A DNA stretch of 64,000 nucleotides from Eledone cirrhosa (GCA_964016885.1 OZ024746.1:1674001-1738000); one strand, 5' to 3'. Positions 34,105 to 46,639 are shown, counted from the stretch's first letter. The notes: generated by a model not told the origin, from the sequence alone. A program made the numbers and translations.

Positions 34105-35400
34105 CAAGTTACACATCTCAGGGCTGTTACCCTCAATGTTGGCACCTTGAAAGGTAAAACAGGTGGAGTTGTTAAGAGAGGAGACAAGTGGATGTATGCT
34201 GTGTACAAGAGGTGAGATGGAGGGGTGCCTTAGTGAGACGCCTCACAGGCAAACAACAGAAATACAAAATTTACTAGGTAGGAAATGACGAGGTAGCTGA
34301 GAAATAAAGTGATAGAGGTAGAGTGACAGAATTATCAAACTGAGAATGGTCAGAGGCAAAAGAATGAGGACAATTATCTGTACCTAGGCTCCGCAGGCAG
34401 GACTGAGTAAAGAACAAAGGGACAGATTTTATGAGGAACTTTTACAGAGACTTCCTCCTCATCTTGGCAGACAACTTCAATGGACATGTGGGGCAGTACC
34501 AGGACAGTTACACCAAAGTACATGGTGGATATGGTTATGGTTGATGAAATGAAGAGGGAGTGAGGCTCCAAGAATACTGTGATGCAAATGAACTGACCAT
34601 TTGCATCACTAATTTCAGGAAACCTGCCAGGTACCTGATCACATACCAATCAGGTGAACACACAAGCCAGATTGATTTCTTACTTGTAAGACAAAATAGA
34701 TGGATAGTAACAAATGCTAAGACCTTCCCCAGAGAAGAATGTGTTGCCCAGTAATTAGTAATTAGTGACATCAGAATAAATACAAGACGAAGCACGATAC
34801 GCAGGAAAATATGGAGGGTTTGGAAACTAAAGGATCATTCTGTTAAATATAGGTTTAGAAAAACACTTGAGATGCATATGATGAGAGGGGAGACAAGTTA
34901 GACATATATGACATAAAGGACAATTGGAAATTCTTACATAACAACCTATTGTGAACTATTGATGAGACTTGAGGCTGGAGCAAAGCCTCAGCCAGAGGGT
35001 GGCCTGGTGGTGGAACAGCACAGTGGATAGAGCCAATAAAGCCAAGAGGTAGCAGAGAACAGTACCAGGTATCTGAGAGAGAAGCTAGATGAAAGGTATA
35101 CACAGCTCAGAAAGAGGTTGAAAAAGTTTGCCAATGTCTTGTGACATGAGGTGTTCTGCATTGAAAGGCAGTGTATCAGTGTGATTTGGGATGTTGTTGG
35201 GAAAAAGTGTGTTCAAAATGACACTGGTGCACTTAGCAAAAGAAAGTGGACTGGAAATGTTATGAAAGATTGATGAATGTAGAGAATGAATGGGAGGAAG
35301 AGAGACGACACACAACTTACTCAACAGAGGGACCAGCTATTGAAATTTACAGTTTTAGAGTCAAAGAAGCAATGAAAGACACGAAGAATGGTAAAGTCAT
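34105..35400 (+). pseudogene. Decayed RTE LINE 5' fragment (APE endonuclease and linker)
   Basis: LNVGTLKGK, VQEVRW, SQIDFLL. Homologous to 38187-39590. Confidence 0.85.
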
Positions 35401-35529
35401 GTCTGTGAAATGTTCCGTCACTTATACATTGATTCCATGAGCTGGCTGTCCTGTTGACCAAACTACTGAAATACTCATCATTCAAACTGGAAATTGGTGA
35501 ATTCCTGATATATAGAACTATTCAAGAAA

Positions 35530-35830
35530 TGAGGTGACAAATTGCCAGAGTCATTAGAATGTCAGATAGAATGGTAGAGTGGTTAGAACATCAGATAGAA
35601 TGGTAGAGTCATTAGAACGTCAGATAGAATGGTAGAGTGGTTAGAACATCAGATAGAATGGTAGAGTCATTAGAACGTCAGATAGAATGGTAGAGTGGTT
35701 AGAACATCAGATAGAATGGTAGAGTGGTATTTGTTTTGACTCTTTGCTCTCTGAATTCAAATCCGGCTAAAGTCAACTTTGCCTTTCATCCATTCAAGGT
35801 CAATAAAAAAAGTACCAGTCTAGTACTGAG
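35530..35830 (+). mobile_element. SINE family A containing a 29 bp tandem repeat (35547-35728, 6 units, two alternating variants)
   Basis: agagtggttagaacatcagatagaatggt alternates with agagtcattagaacgtcagatagaatggt, then the SINE body resumes. Confidence 0.8.
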
Positions 35831-36428
35831 TTCTTCCTCCATATCTCTCACTCTCTCTATCTTTCTCTGGAAGAAATCTGTTGTATTCAGACCTGGAGAG
35901 GAGATGGGCTCTACCAGGTTTAAAAGTTCCCTGTAAATGATGTATGTAATATGGTGCCCATATGACTCCCTCAGCTGTTACGGAACCAGGCATGCATTCA
36001 TGAAATACTCAAGTACATGTTTTAACAATGAAAACAAAATTTATTTGAGTCACATTATGGCTGAATAAATAATATAAGTTTTAAAGTAGAGTACCTTAAA
36101 ATATAATCAGTCATAATATTTAATTAATAAACATGTGACAACCATAAAATAAATTTGACAATATATTTTCATATAACATGCATGAAATAATGAAATAAAC
36201 CTCTAACATATCTCAACCATTTATGGAAGTATTTCACATTTCCCAGAGATAAAACAATTAAGTATAAAAGTTAGTTTTTGACAAACCAATTTAATGGCTC
36301 TTTTCTTTCCAAACAAAACAGGCTCCTTTTTAAGAATTTATTTTAAAAGTCCTCTGTGTACTGACCATTTTAAGAGTTACATATCTTTACATATCTACAT
36401 TACTAAAACAAAAGAAAAAAACTTCCAT

Positions 36429-36745
36429 CTAGATCTCTCTGCTTTCAACATCTGCAGTGACTTCATTGCTGTTAATATGTTCTACTTGGTTTGTAAGTTC
36501 ATCAGCCTGTAATAGAGTGATCAGTTCCTCAGTAGAGATAGCTTGTCGTTCTGGGCAGAATTTCCTTTGGAAATATGACTGGAAATTATCTTCATCTAAA
36601 GCATTCATGTCATCAAATTCTAACGTGCAACCTTCTTCTAGAAAGTGCTTCATAATATCTGCTTTCTTCAGTGCCAGTTCTTTGATGATATCTTTGGATG
36701 TTGGCTCTCTCGTACCTTCCGACTTTATCTGCCGTAATCGTTTAT
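36429..36745 (-). CDS. CCDC32: CCDC32-like protein, exon 2 (terminal)
   Basis: Polypyrimidine/AG acceptor, phase 1. KRLRQIK...PTSKDII...RKFCPERQAISTEELITLL resembles CCDC32 KKLRRIK..VTSKDML..RWLQPDKVAVSTEEV (recalled, not searched). Confidence 0.85.
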
Positions 36746-37596
36746 CTAGGGAAGAGGGGCAAAAAGAAAAAAGATACTTATTTTATTTTGTTATCTGTTA
36801 CATATAAACATATTATGTCAACTACATTTTACAGGAGTTATACAATGATGGAAATATTTTGAGTTTTGCGTCTGTGTGAGTATGGGGGTTCGTACGTATG
36901 TGGGTGTGTGTATATGTGTACTTTGTGTTTTGGTTGACGTACGTCTGCGAACATATGTGTATTTACATGTAGCTATGTGTGTGTGCACGCGTTATATATG
37001 TATTTATGTGTTTATATACGTTTATTTAATTTTGTATACACGCACACGCACATATATATATATATTTTTTTATATATATTATTATGTGTATTTGGTGTAT
37101 ACGTTCGTATGTGTGCGGGTACAGGCATTGCGTGGGTTCTGTATGTGCGTACGTGTTTTTTTGTGTACGTGCTTGTATTTGCATACCCATGGCGAGTGTT
37201 TTCGCGTATGCTTGTGTATGTACGTATATACATGTATATATATATGTATTTAATTTACTTTATTCTTAACTCTGAAGCCGAGAATCATTCGGTTTCCTAA
37301 ATAGAATTTTAGTCTACGACTTCAGTTATACCATTTACGTGGTTTTGTCTTTGGGTGTAATTGTTTTCACCGCACCAAATAATGATGTATTATCTTCGTT
37401 TTTTTCCGTTGTTTGCCAGGGAACGTTTCCACGAACCAAAGTATCGTCTTCCTGTCTTCCTTCTGTTGAAACGTTTTTTGAAATATTTACTTCTGCGTTC
37501 ACAGATTGACTTTTTTAGTTTCAAAAGATCCCGTTAAGGGTGAAAGCAGCGATTCTTTACTTAAACTTTAATCTGTTATTTTAATAAATATATATA

Positions 37597-37931
37597 CATG
37601 GTTTAGTGGTTAGAGCATTGGCCTTGCAATCGAAAGGTTGTGAGTTCAATTCTCAGACCGGGTGATGTGTTGTTTCCTTGAGCAAGACACTTTATTTCAC
37701 ATTGCTCCAGTTTACTCAGCTGTAGAAATGAAATGATAGGGACTGGGGTCCCTATCATTCCACTGCAAAGTGGTCGTGGAGGTGCCATGAAAAAAAAGCA
37801 CCAGGCACTCACTGTAAATGAGGTTGGTGTTAGGAAGGGCATCCAGCTGTAGAAATCAAGCCAGAATCAGTTCCCGTCCCACCCTTGCAAGGAGGGAAAA
37901 GCGGACGTAAAATGATGATGATGATGATGAT
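37597..37931 (+). mobile_element. CORE-like SINE family B with RTE tail
   Basis: Reverse complement of 25145-25490. Confidence 0.88.
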
Positions 37932-38149
37932 ATATATATATATATATATATATATAGGAAAAGAGTCAGAACCCTGACGGCAGAGCTCAAGCCGTTTTGA
38001 CAGCTATTTCTAAACTTTTTTCTATTACCCACTCTACTACCCAAAGTATCGAGTACTCTGGTGTGTTATGGTCCATCTGGTTCCTTACCACACTTCCTTT
38101 GTTATATATAAATATATATATATAAATGTTATATATAAATATATATATA

Positions 38150-41100
38150 TATCAGCACAGCAACAAGTAGATAGGAACAACAAAATATGAAGACGTCACA
38201 TCTCAGAGTTGCAACACTTAATGTTGGCACTCTCAGAGGTAAATCTGCTGAAATAGTGGAGATGCTGGAGAGAAGGCATGTGGATGTGTGCTGCGTGCAA
38301 GAGGTGAGATGGAAAAGTGTCTCTGCGAGACTAGTCGCAGGCAAACATCTTAGCTATAAGCTTTTCTGGGTAGGTAAGGATGATGGGTTAGGGGGAGTAG
38401 GCATTTTCTTGGCTGAGAGATGGATCAATAAGACAATAGAGGTAGTTCGAGTTAGTAATTGAATAATTAAGCTTAGATTAGTTGTAGGCAGGAGACTACT
38501 GACAATCATCTCTGCCTATTCCCCAAGCAGGCCTAGGCAAAGAAGAGAAAGACTGCTTTTACGAGCAACTTTTACAAACAGCCGCAATGACAGAGGACGG
38601 AGACATCGTTATGCTAGCAGGGGACTTCAATGGTCATGTTGGACAGCTCCAGGATGGTTACACTGGGGTACATGGTAGGCACGGTTACAGCTCAAGAAAT
38701 GAAGAAGGAGTGAGACTTCTTGAATTTTGTGATGCAAGTACACTGACTATTTGCAACACTAACTTCCAGAAACCTGACAACCACCTAATAACCTACAAAT
38801 CTGGTGAGCACATAAGCCAGATTGACTTCTTATACCAAGGCATACCCTGGGGAAAAATGTACCCCACAGCATAGGTTAGTCGTTAGTAATATCTCAGTAA
38901 GCAAGAGATGGAATGAGACATACAGGAAGGTGTGGAAAAGAAAGGTCTGGAAGCTAAAAGACCTTTCACTAAAATACAAATTTAGGAAAGCCCTTCAAGA
39001 TGTGTATGACGAAAAAGAAGACGATTTAGAGACGTATGACATAGATAATAACTGGAATTTCTTACGTGACAACTTACTGCAGGCTACTGATGAAACTTGT
39101 GGCTGGAGCAGAGCTCCAACCAGACAGAGAGTGACCTGGTGGTGTAACAGCACAGTAGATAAGGCCATTAGAGACAAAAGACTAGCATGGAAGGCTTTGA
39201 AAAAGGGTGGGAGTAGGGAAGGATATACAGCCACTAAGAGAGAAGCTAGACGTCAGGTGTACTTAGCATGCAGGGAGGCTGAGAGTAGGAGGTTTGCCAA
39301 TGTTCTGCGACGGGAATATCAGAGGCATGCGGTGTTCCACATTGCAAGGCAGTGTGTCAATGCAAATCAGGATGTTGTTGGAGATAAATGTGTCTGGAAT
39401 GATGCCGGTGTACTTAGTGTCACGAATGATCAGAAAAAGGAGGCCTGGAAATGTCATTATGAGAGACTGATGAATGTGGAGAACGAATGGGAGAGAGAGA
39501 AATTACCCTCAGTAGATCCGACAGAGGGACCAGCTATTGAGATTGACGAATATAGGGTCCAAAAGGCGATTAAGGAAATGAAAAATGGTAAGGCTGCTGG
39601 ACCATCGGGGGTAGTTGCTGAGATGCTGAAGGCATCAGGGGACGTAGGCACTAAACTGGTTGCACGCATCATCAATCAGGCTATATATGGTGGTGTTATA
39701 CCCAAAGACTGGTGCAGCAGTATTCTCATAATTTGTTACAAAGGTAAAGGAGATGCTCTGGAGAGAAGCAATTATAGGGGTATAAAACTGATGGATCAGG
39801 TTATGAAAGTGGCAGAAAGGATATTAGCACAACTAATTAGAGAAAGGGTCAAACTAGATGAGATGCAGTTTGGTTTTGTGCCCTCTACAACAGATGCCCT
39901 CTTCTTGGTGAGACAATTACAAGAGAGGTTCTTAGAGAAAAATAAGCCACTATACTTAGCCTTTGTTGACCTAGAGAAGGCCTTTGATAGGGTACCCCGA
40001 TCTGCTATCTGGTGGTCCCTAAGGAAGCTAGGTGTTGAGGAATGGCTTGTGGGAACAGTGCAAACTTTGTACAGAGGTACTGTCAGTAAAGTCATGGTAG
40101 GAATGGAGTTTAGTGAGGAATTCCAGATACAAGTAGGAGTACATCAAGGTTTGGTCCTCAGCCCACTCTTGTTCATTATAGTCCTCCAAGCCATAACAGA
40201 GGAGTTTAAGACTGGCTGTCCATGGGAACTTCTCTATGCTGACGATCTGGTTCTTATAGCAGAATCAGTAGAGGAGCTAGAGAATAAATTCTGGCTATGG
40301 AAACAGCAGTTGGAAGCAAGAGGACTGAGAGTGAACCTAGCTAAGACAAAAGTGTTGATGAGTAGAAAAGAGGACAAAACTCTGATTCCATCAGGGAAAT
40401 GGCCATGTTTGATATGCAGAAAAGGAACTGGCATAAATTCTATAAAATACACACAATGCAGATCCTGGGTACACAAGAGATGTAGCGGGATAGCAGGCAA
40501 ACTAACAGGTAGGGAGAAATACGTATGCAGTAGATGTACAGGGAAATTAGACAGTAGAAGTCGCATTGATAGACACATTTTTCAAATGCAGGCGGGTGCT
40601 ATAGAAGTGGTGGATAGCTTCCGGTACCTAGAAGATCAGATTAGCATGGGAGGGGGTGTTCCGAGGCCATAGTATCTAGAATAAGGACGGGTTGGAAGAA
40701 GTTTAGGGAGCTGCTTCCTCTGCTGATGAAGAAGGGTTTCTCCCTGTGTACGAAAGGCTGGTTATATGATGCCTGTGTGAGGAGCGCAATGCTGCATGGT
40801 AGTGAGACATGGGCAGCAACTGCAGAGGATATGTGACGGCTGGAGAGAAATGAGGCAAGCATGCTCCGTTGGATGTGCAGTGTCAATGTGTGTGAACGAC
40901 CCAGCATGAATGTGTTGAGAGAGAAATTGTGTCTGAGAGGGATAGAATGTAGTGTACGGGAGAGGAGACTGAGGTGGTATGGGCATGTTATGCGCATGGA
41001 GGATGACCGATGGGTGAAGAAGTGCCAGAAAATGCCAGTTGAAGGAAGACGTGGTAGAGGTAGACCACGAAAAACATGGGCGGAGGTGGTGAGAACAGAC

Positions 41101-41228
41101 CTTAGATCGCTGAAGCTCACAGTTGAGATGACGAAGGACCGTGACAAGTGGAGGGATGCTGTGCTGAATAAGACCCGTCCCACCCTTGCAAGCAGGGAAG
41201 AGCGGACGTAAAATGATGATGATGATGA
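38150..41228 (+). mobile_element. Near full-length RTE-clade LINE, mildly disrupted, antisense in the CCDC32 intron
   Basis: APE (ATLNVGTL, VQEVRW, AGDFNGHVG), RT (FVDLEKAFDRVP, GVHQG, LLYADD), Cys-rich insert CLIC...HKRC...CSRC, GRPRKTW, (GAT)n tail. Confidence 0.95.
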
Positions 41229-41248
41229 TATATATATATATATATATA

Positions 41249-41287
41249 TGAACCTGAAGATTGCGAAAGCATGAAAGTACTTGTTCA
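41249..41287 (+). ncRNA. Minimal type I hammerhead
   Basis: tgaac-CTGAAGA-t-tgc.gaaa.gca-t-GAAA-gtac-TT-gttca. Perfect 5 bp stem I, GNRA loop II, palindromic AGTACT. Confidence 0.8.
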
Positions 41288-41431
41288 ATTAACACTTAAC
41301 ATTTAATATTCTACCATACTATTTCATTCTAATACCATTATAATTTTAAAGGATTGTAAATAAAACGAGTAAATCAGACAAAGTTGGAATTCCTTTTATT
41401 AATATCCTCTTCTATACGCAATCATACACAC

Positions 41432-41468
<37 letters not shown>

Positions 41469-41902
41469 CAAGGTCTAGCAAATATAGAGAAAGTTTATAT
41501 ATATATACTAATATTTAGAGCGGGTTAAGGGTTGGTAAATATCTGAGCATCATGGAGGATTCTAATATAGTTTATGATAGGCTTTGTTTTTATGAATGTA
41601 TTATTTACGAGTTTGGAATCCGATGGTCTTATCTACTGGGTGTCTGTATAAATAATATTACAAATAAAAAAGGAAAAGAAAGAAGAAAAAACAGAGAAAC
41701 AGGTAAAACAAACATCAAGGACCACACTTCAAAAGACAGGCGAAAGGGGTGGATAAACGAACCACTTTCACAACAATAACTATATCGCCAGGAACACTGG
41801 AACCTCTCTAATAATTATTTATATATAGGACATTTAATAATTACTAGGCCTTTGTTCTGGGTATATCTACGTTCAGATTTATGTATATATGTGTGTATAG
41901 TG

Positions 41903-41947
<45 letters not shown>

Positions 41948-42030
41948 ATAGGGTAGTTGTTGAAGGTGAGTAGACAGGTTGGAGCGATAATGGTCTTATT
42001 TACGTATATATATTATATATAATTAATAAT

Positions 42031-42059
42031 AATAAAAATAAACCATTATCAGCGAACAA

Positions 42060-42114
<55 letters not shown>

Positions 42115-42138
42115 CGCTGATAATGGTTTATTTTTATT
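42031..42138. repeat. Inverted repeat (30 bp arms) around a (TA)n centre
   Basis: aataaaaataaaccattatcagcgaacaaa / tttgttcgctgataatggtttatttttatt. Confidence 0.8.
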
Positions 42139-42186
42139 TTTCAATCTCGCAGTTAGAAAACATAAACAAAGACATTGAAGGCATAC

Positions 42187-42340
42187 TTAGCGATTCCAGA
42201 TATTCTTCAGAGCTGATCATATCATAAATAGGATCTTTAGGAGCCTGTAGTAAGTTTGGTGACAAGGACGGCAGAGGAGTCCACGGATCGTTCTTCATGG
42301 TTAAAGGTTCAACAGTCACGCCCGTTTCACGTGCCGCCAT
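42187..42340 (-). CDS. CCDC32: CCDC32-like protein, exon 1
   Basis: MAARETG...DPW...SSEEYLESL with a phase-1 gtatgc donor. It joins exon 2 as YLESLNKRL, giving a 156 aa product. Confidence 0.85.
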
Positions 42341-42384
42341 TAAACAATATAAATCGGTTAGTTATGTCTGACAGCACTGTAGCT

Positions 42385-42790
42385 GTGTATGTGTGATTAA
42401 TGGTTAGGGTGTTGGGCTGCTTGCAATAGGGAGGTTGAGAGTTCGATTCTCGGACCGGGAGATACCTGACAACTATGATTATACTATGATTTTATAGAGG
42501 GAGGGGATGCATTGGTTAGTGATTAGAGCGCTGGGCAATTGGGAGGTTGTAAGTTCTGGGTAAAGTGTTTTTAAGTAAGATACTTTATTTCTCGTTGCTC
42601 AAGAAATGAGTTGTGATGTCACTGATGCCGAACTGTATCTGTCGTTGTCTTGGACAACGCCGGAGATGCGAAGATGGGAGACCTGTATACATAGGCGACT
42701 GCTGGTCTTTCACAAAAACACCGGATATGTGTCTCAGAGAGCAACTTCCTAGTTGAAAATCCCACGGTCATTCGTGGTCTTTACCTTTTA
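42385..42790 (+). mobile_element. Decayed tRNA-derived SINE copies (head fragment plus a longer copy)
   Basis: gagttcgattctc B-box. The ggcgactgctggtctt body is shared with 61325-61553. Confidence 0.65.
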
Positions 42791-43149
42791 TCTTTTATAG
42801 AGGATATATCAGCAAATAAAATGTCCTAATTAATGTATGTACACAGGTGAGAAGGTTATTTAGCATTATTTAAAACTACTTTGTTACCATGGGGTAGCCT
42901 ATGCCAGAGAGAATTCTCTCATATAGACTTATATTATTGGTGTAGTGATAATTGAATATTATTTCTAGTATATTGAGTTCTTACACACACACATACCAAT
43001 TAAGAAACAGTTTCGAAAGTAATTTAATTATATGTCCTGAAAAAATGTCAAAAATATCTTAAAATAAAATGTTTAGGTTTTTAAAAGGGACATAACTCTC
43101 TTGAGTTGCTTCCCTTTAAATTTGTCTGCTTGCAAATTTTATTTTTTTA

Positions 43150-43345
43150 ATTTAGATACGACACTAGCAATTTGGGAACAGAGAAAAGTCAATTATACCG
43201 ACCCCATTACTTTACTGGTACTTTATATTATCAACCCCAGAAGGATGAAAGGCAAAGCTTACCTTGATAAAATTTAGAAACAGAGCGTAAAGATACAACT
43301 AAATGTTGTCCGACGCTCCAACGATTCTGCCAAATCCACCATCTT
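43150..43345 (-). mobile_element. SINE family A, decayed
   Basis: actggtacttta...aggatgaaaggcaaag...gtccgacgctc. Confidence 0.7.
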
Positions 43346-44122
43346 CTTTACAAACTATAATAGTAAAGTAGAAGTTCAGTGAATTGAGGTACCTCCCATA
43401 AACAGGGAGGATTGGGATAGGCGGTGGTGCGGGTAGAAAATCGGTAATTTTTCTAGGTTGTCTTTCTACCTCTTAAAATAAAATTTCGCCGGAGATAGAT
43501 TTGTAAAACCTTATAAGCTGGGCTGGGGCTTGGAAAAAAATCTAATAAAATAAATAAGCGGGGTGAGGTGGATGATTATTGGAGAGCCAAGAGTAGTTAA
43601 TTTGGTTCAAAGCTGCTGCTATGGGATGGGTGAGATCTGATTCGGCTTTTGCAATATCATAATTAGATCAGTAGTGTTGCTATAGAGAATGGTGAGGGTG
43701 AAGCGAAGTTTTGGTTGTTGTGGAAGAGGGTGATAAAACATGACAAATACCAACAATTCTTGTTAAATTTATATCTTTACTTCACTTCAGCAAAAAAGAA
43801 AAAAAAATATGATTACTTCGAATTGTAAATATAAACTTTGATTTCTAGTATTCACAAATATATATAGGGTTCACTAAATCTTCTGTGTACTGAGGGGGAC
43901 TCTTTATTTATCATAGCGATGTTCCCTTAAAAATTGACAAGTTGTAACCAGACAGTACAAAGAAAGGTAGCAGTAAACTCTATTATGGTGAAGTTGTGTT
44001 CTTCAAACGTAGTGACAGGGATCTGTGGTCTATAAGAAGAGGTAGATGACTGAAAGTTGTTGAAGTATCAATGAAAGAATTGCTGTCGAGTCCTGGTCGA
44101 AAGGGCCGGAATATTTGGCTAA

Positions 44123-44486
44123 GTACTACATCTCTCTACCTTACTAGAGCAACTGTGTGTGATGTGCTACATCTCTCTACCTTACTAGAGCAACTCTGTT
44201 TCATGTACTACATCTCACTACCTTACTAGAGCAACTCTGTCTGATGTACTACACCTCTCTACCTTACCACAGCAACTCTGTCTGATGTACTACATCTCAC
44301 TACCTTACTAGAGCAACTCTGTCTGATGTACTACATCTCACTACCTTACCACAGCAACTGTGTCTCATGTACTACACCTCTCTACCTTACTAGAGCAACT
44401 CTGTCTGATGTACTACATCTCTCTACCTTACTAGAGCAACTCTGTCTCGTGTACTACATCTCTCTATCTTACTAGAGCAACTCTGT
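44123..44486. repeat. 41 bp minisatellite, ~9 copies
   Basis: Unit gtactacatctctctaccttactagagcaactctgtctgat starting at 44123, 44164, 44205 and onward. Confidence 0.92.
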
Positions 44487-44628
44487 GGACTGGGGTTTGA
44501 TATGATTTCCCTTTTTAGAGAGTTAATATGCAGAGGTAGGCAATTCATGCTGGATGATATTTAATTTATTTTAAAAAAAGGATTAGGTAGGGTGTGAGGG
44601 AGGTAACTCTTGTAAATGTTTGATTGTT

Positions 44629-44856
44629 TTAGTTTGGTCCGAAGTTTAGTGCCTTAAGTAGGGGTTGGAATTTGTTAATGAAATATGATTCCTTATTGGT
44701 ACGATGGATGAAAGTAGCGTTGTCTATGAATTTGTAAATGGGGAAAATTTTAAAATTTGGATGTTGGTTGGGTGCACAATTGGCGATATGTTCACTAAAG
44801 GCAATCTTTCTGTATTCCTGTATGTTGATTTGTGATTTATGGACGGTCATACGTTG
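44629..44856 (-). pseudogene. Penelope GIY-YIG endonuclease C-terminal fragment
   Basis: RMTVHKSQI...SEHIANC...FKIFPIYK...RTNKESYFINKFQPLL fits the PLE endonuclease end (R-x3-H, H-x3-C, R-x3-E, I..P.LN). Confidence 0.8.
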
Positions 44857-45132
44857 TCTCTAAAAAGGGAAATCATATCAAACCCCAGTCCACCTTTTGC
44901 CTCCATCGTGAAGCACCCTTGCTATATTAACACATTTTAATCTGCTTAACTTCAAGAACTATGCCTGTAAATAACATTATTTTTTCTTTCACATTGACTT
45001 TTATGCTCCACATTACACTCCTTTTTTTCTTTTTTCTTTTCACTTCATAAACCTTGTTTGTATATAACATTATTCTTTTTGCACCATTTCTTTAACATGT
45101 GCAACACCACCATTCTACACCAATACATATTA

Positions 45133-45174
45133 CTATCATTTGATAATGCATAAAAATGCTGAAACCGGTAATAG
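45133..45174 (+). ncRNA. Minimal hammerhead, U3-A8 core (same family as 31478)
   Basis: cat-TTGATAA-t-gcat.aaaa.atgc-t-GAAA-ccgg-TA-atag. Stem I is partly decayed. Confidence 0.65.
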
Positions 45175-45664
45175 ACAATTATTAAATATATAAATAGGTA
45201 AATAAATGCCATTGTTAATTAATAAATAAATCAACTAATACCTTAACACTTCACACAAAGTAAAACATTTCGTTTTAATCATTTTCTAACCCAGAAAAAA
45301 GAGAAAAATAAATAAAAAGGGGAAAAAAAATATTTTTCTTCCTAATAATCGTCTTTTTCTCCCTATTTTCATATATATATATATATATATATATACTAAC
45401 TTGTGTGCTTCCTCTCCACATTTTATTATTATATATATATGTATATATATGGTTATATATATATATATATATATATGGTTATATATATATATATATATAT
45501 ATATGGTTATATATATATATATATATATATATATGGTTATATATATATATATATATATATGGTTATATATATATATATATATATATGGTTATATATATAT
45601 ATATATATATATATGGTTATATATATATATATGGTTATATATATATATATATATATATATATGG

Positions 45665-45716
<52 letters not shown>

Positions 45717-45869
45717 GTATATGTATATATATATGCAAAAGTTATATTTAATTTGTTGGGATTCAACAAGCTTAAAAGTTTTATAACTGATATAAAGCAC
45801 TCAACTGTTTACTGGAGTAAATATTCAATATATTAATAAATGGAAACTATATTTATAAAACCATAATTA

Positions 45870-45931
45870 TTTTATTATATATATTTCAAGGGCAACCAAG
45901 GCAAATTTTGGTGCGCTTTCATCAGATAAAA
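45870..45931 (-). ncRNA. Type I hammerhead
   Basis: Minus strand: ttttat-CTGATGA-aagcgcacc...ggttgccctt-GAAA-tatata-TA-ataaaa. Confidence 0.72.
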
Positions 45932-45979
45932 TACAAAATTTGTTTTATAACTGTTGACATACCCGCAGAAAATACATAC

Positions 45980-46011
<32 letters not shown>

Positions 46012-46109
46012 GTATATATATATATAAGGGTTTTATCCCAGCCCCCCCCCCCTCCACGGAAGGCGGCGTCGTGTCGCATATACACGCCGCTCTGCTGCTT
46101 AGCTTAGCT

Positions 46110-46298
46110 TATTGGCAGTATCGGTAGGCAGGTCAGACGCCATGCTTTGCAGCATAGAGTTACGGCCCTTTATGAGCTGAGTTCAAATCCCGCCAAGGTT
46201 AACTTTGCCTTTCACCCTTACGGGGTCAATAAAATAAAGTACCAGTAATGCACTGGGATAATTGCTGGCCTTGTGCCAAAAGTAGAAATAATTATTAT
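46110..46298 (+). mobile_element. SINE family A
   Basis: ttggcagtatcggtagg...gagttcaaatccc...aaagtaccagtaatgcactggg. Confidence 0.85.
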
Positions 46299-46639
46299 TC
46301 ATTCATTTGTTTGTACATGTCTGGGGTCCAATGAGGGATCAAGGATTCCATGAAGGGGTTAACGGTCTAAAACGTTTGGAGACCCAGATCTAGAGGCTTC
46401 CTCATTAAACACAATACCTAGAGTTTGTTTTCTTAATTAATATTGTTAAATTAAAATTCAGAACATTAGTCATTAACCAATTCTAAAGATAACATTGTAA
46501 CTTAAGTAACTAATGATAGACTTTGAAAACATTTGAAAGATGTCTCTTTCTTTTGCTGTTGTCGTAATTGCTTTTGCTTAGCTTAGCTTATCTCTGTCCA
46601 TTCTGTCATGCTAGCATGGGTCAGGCGGGAACTGATAAG

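Larger units (their letters stand above)
44485..45370. mobile_element. Penelope-like element: inverted ORF-end fragment plus forward terminal repeat
   Basis: 37 bp inverted repeat 44485-44521 / 44857-44893 encloses a GIY-YIG fragment. Hammerhead at 45133. Confidence 0.8.

Noticed and set aside
37261-37560. Possible hammerheads (CTGAAGT...GAAAC on - strand; caaaaga-stem-GAAA at ~37522)
   Set aside because: Core mismatches and no proper stem I or NUH triplet. They may be decayed copies but are not supportable.
37955-38105. TA-flanked island with gaaatagctgtc on the minus strand
   Set aside because: Only half of a hammerhead core. Possibly a PLE tail, but not callable.
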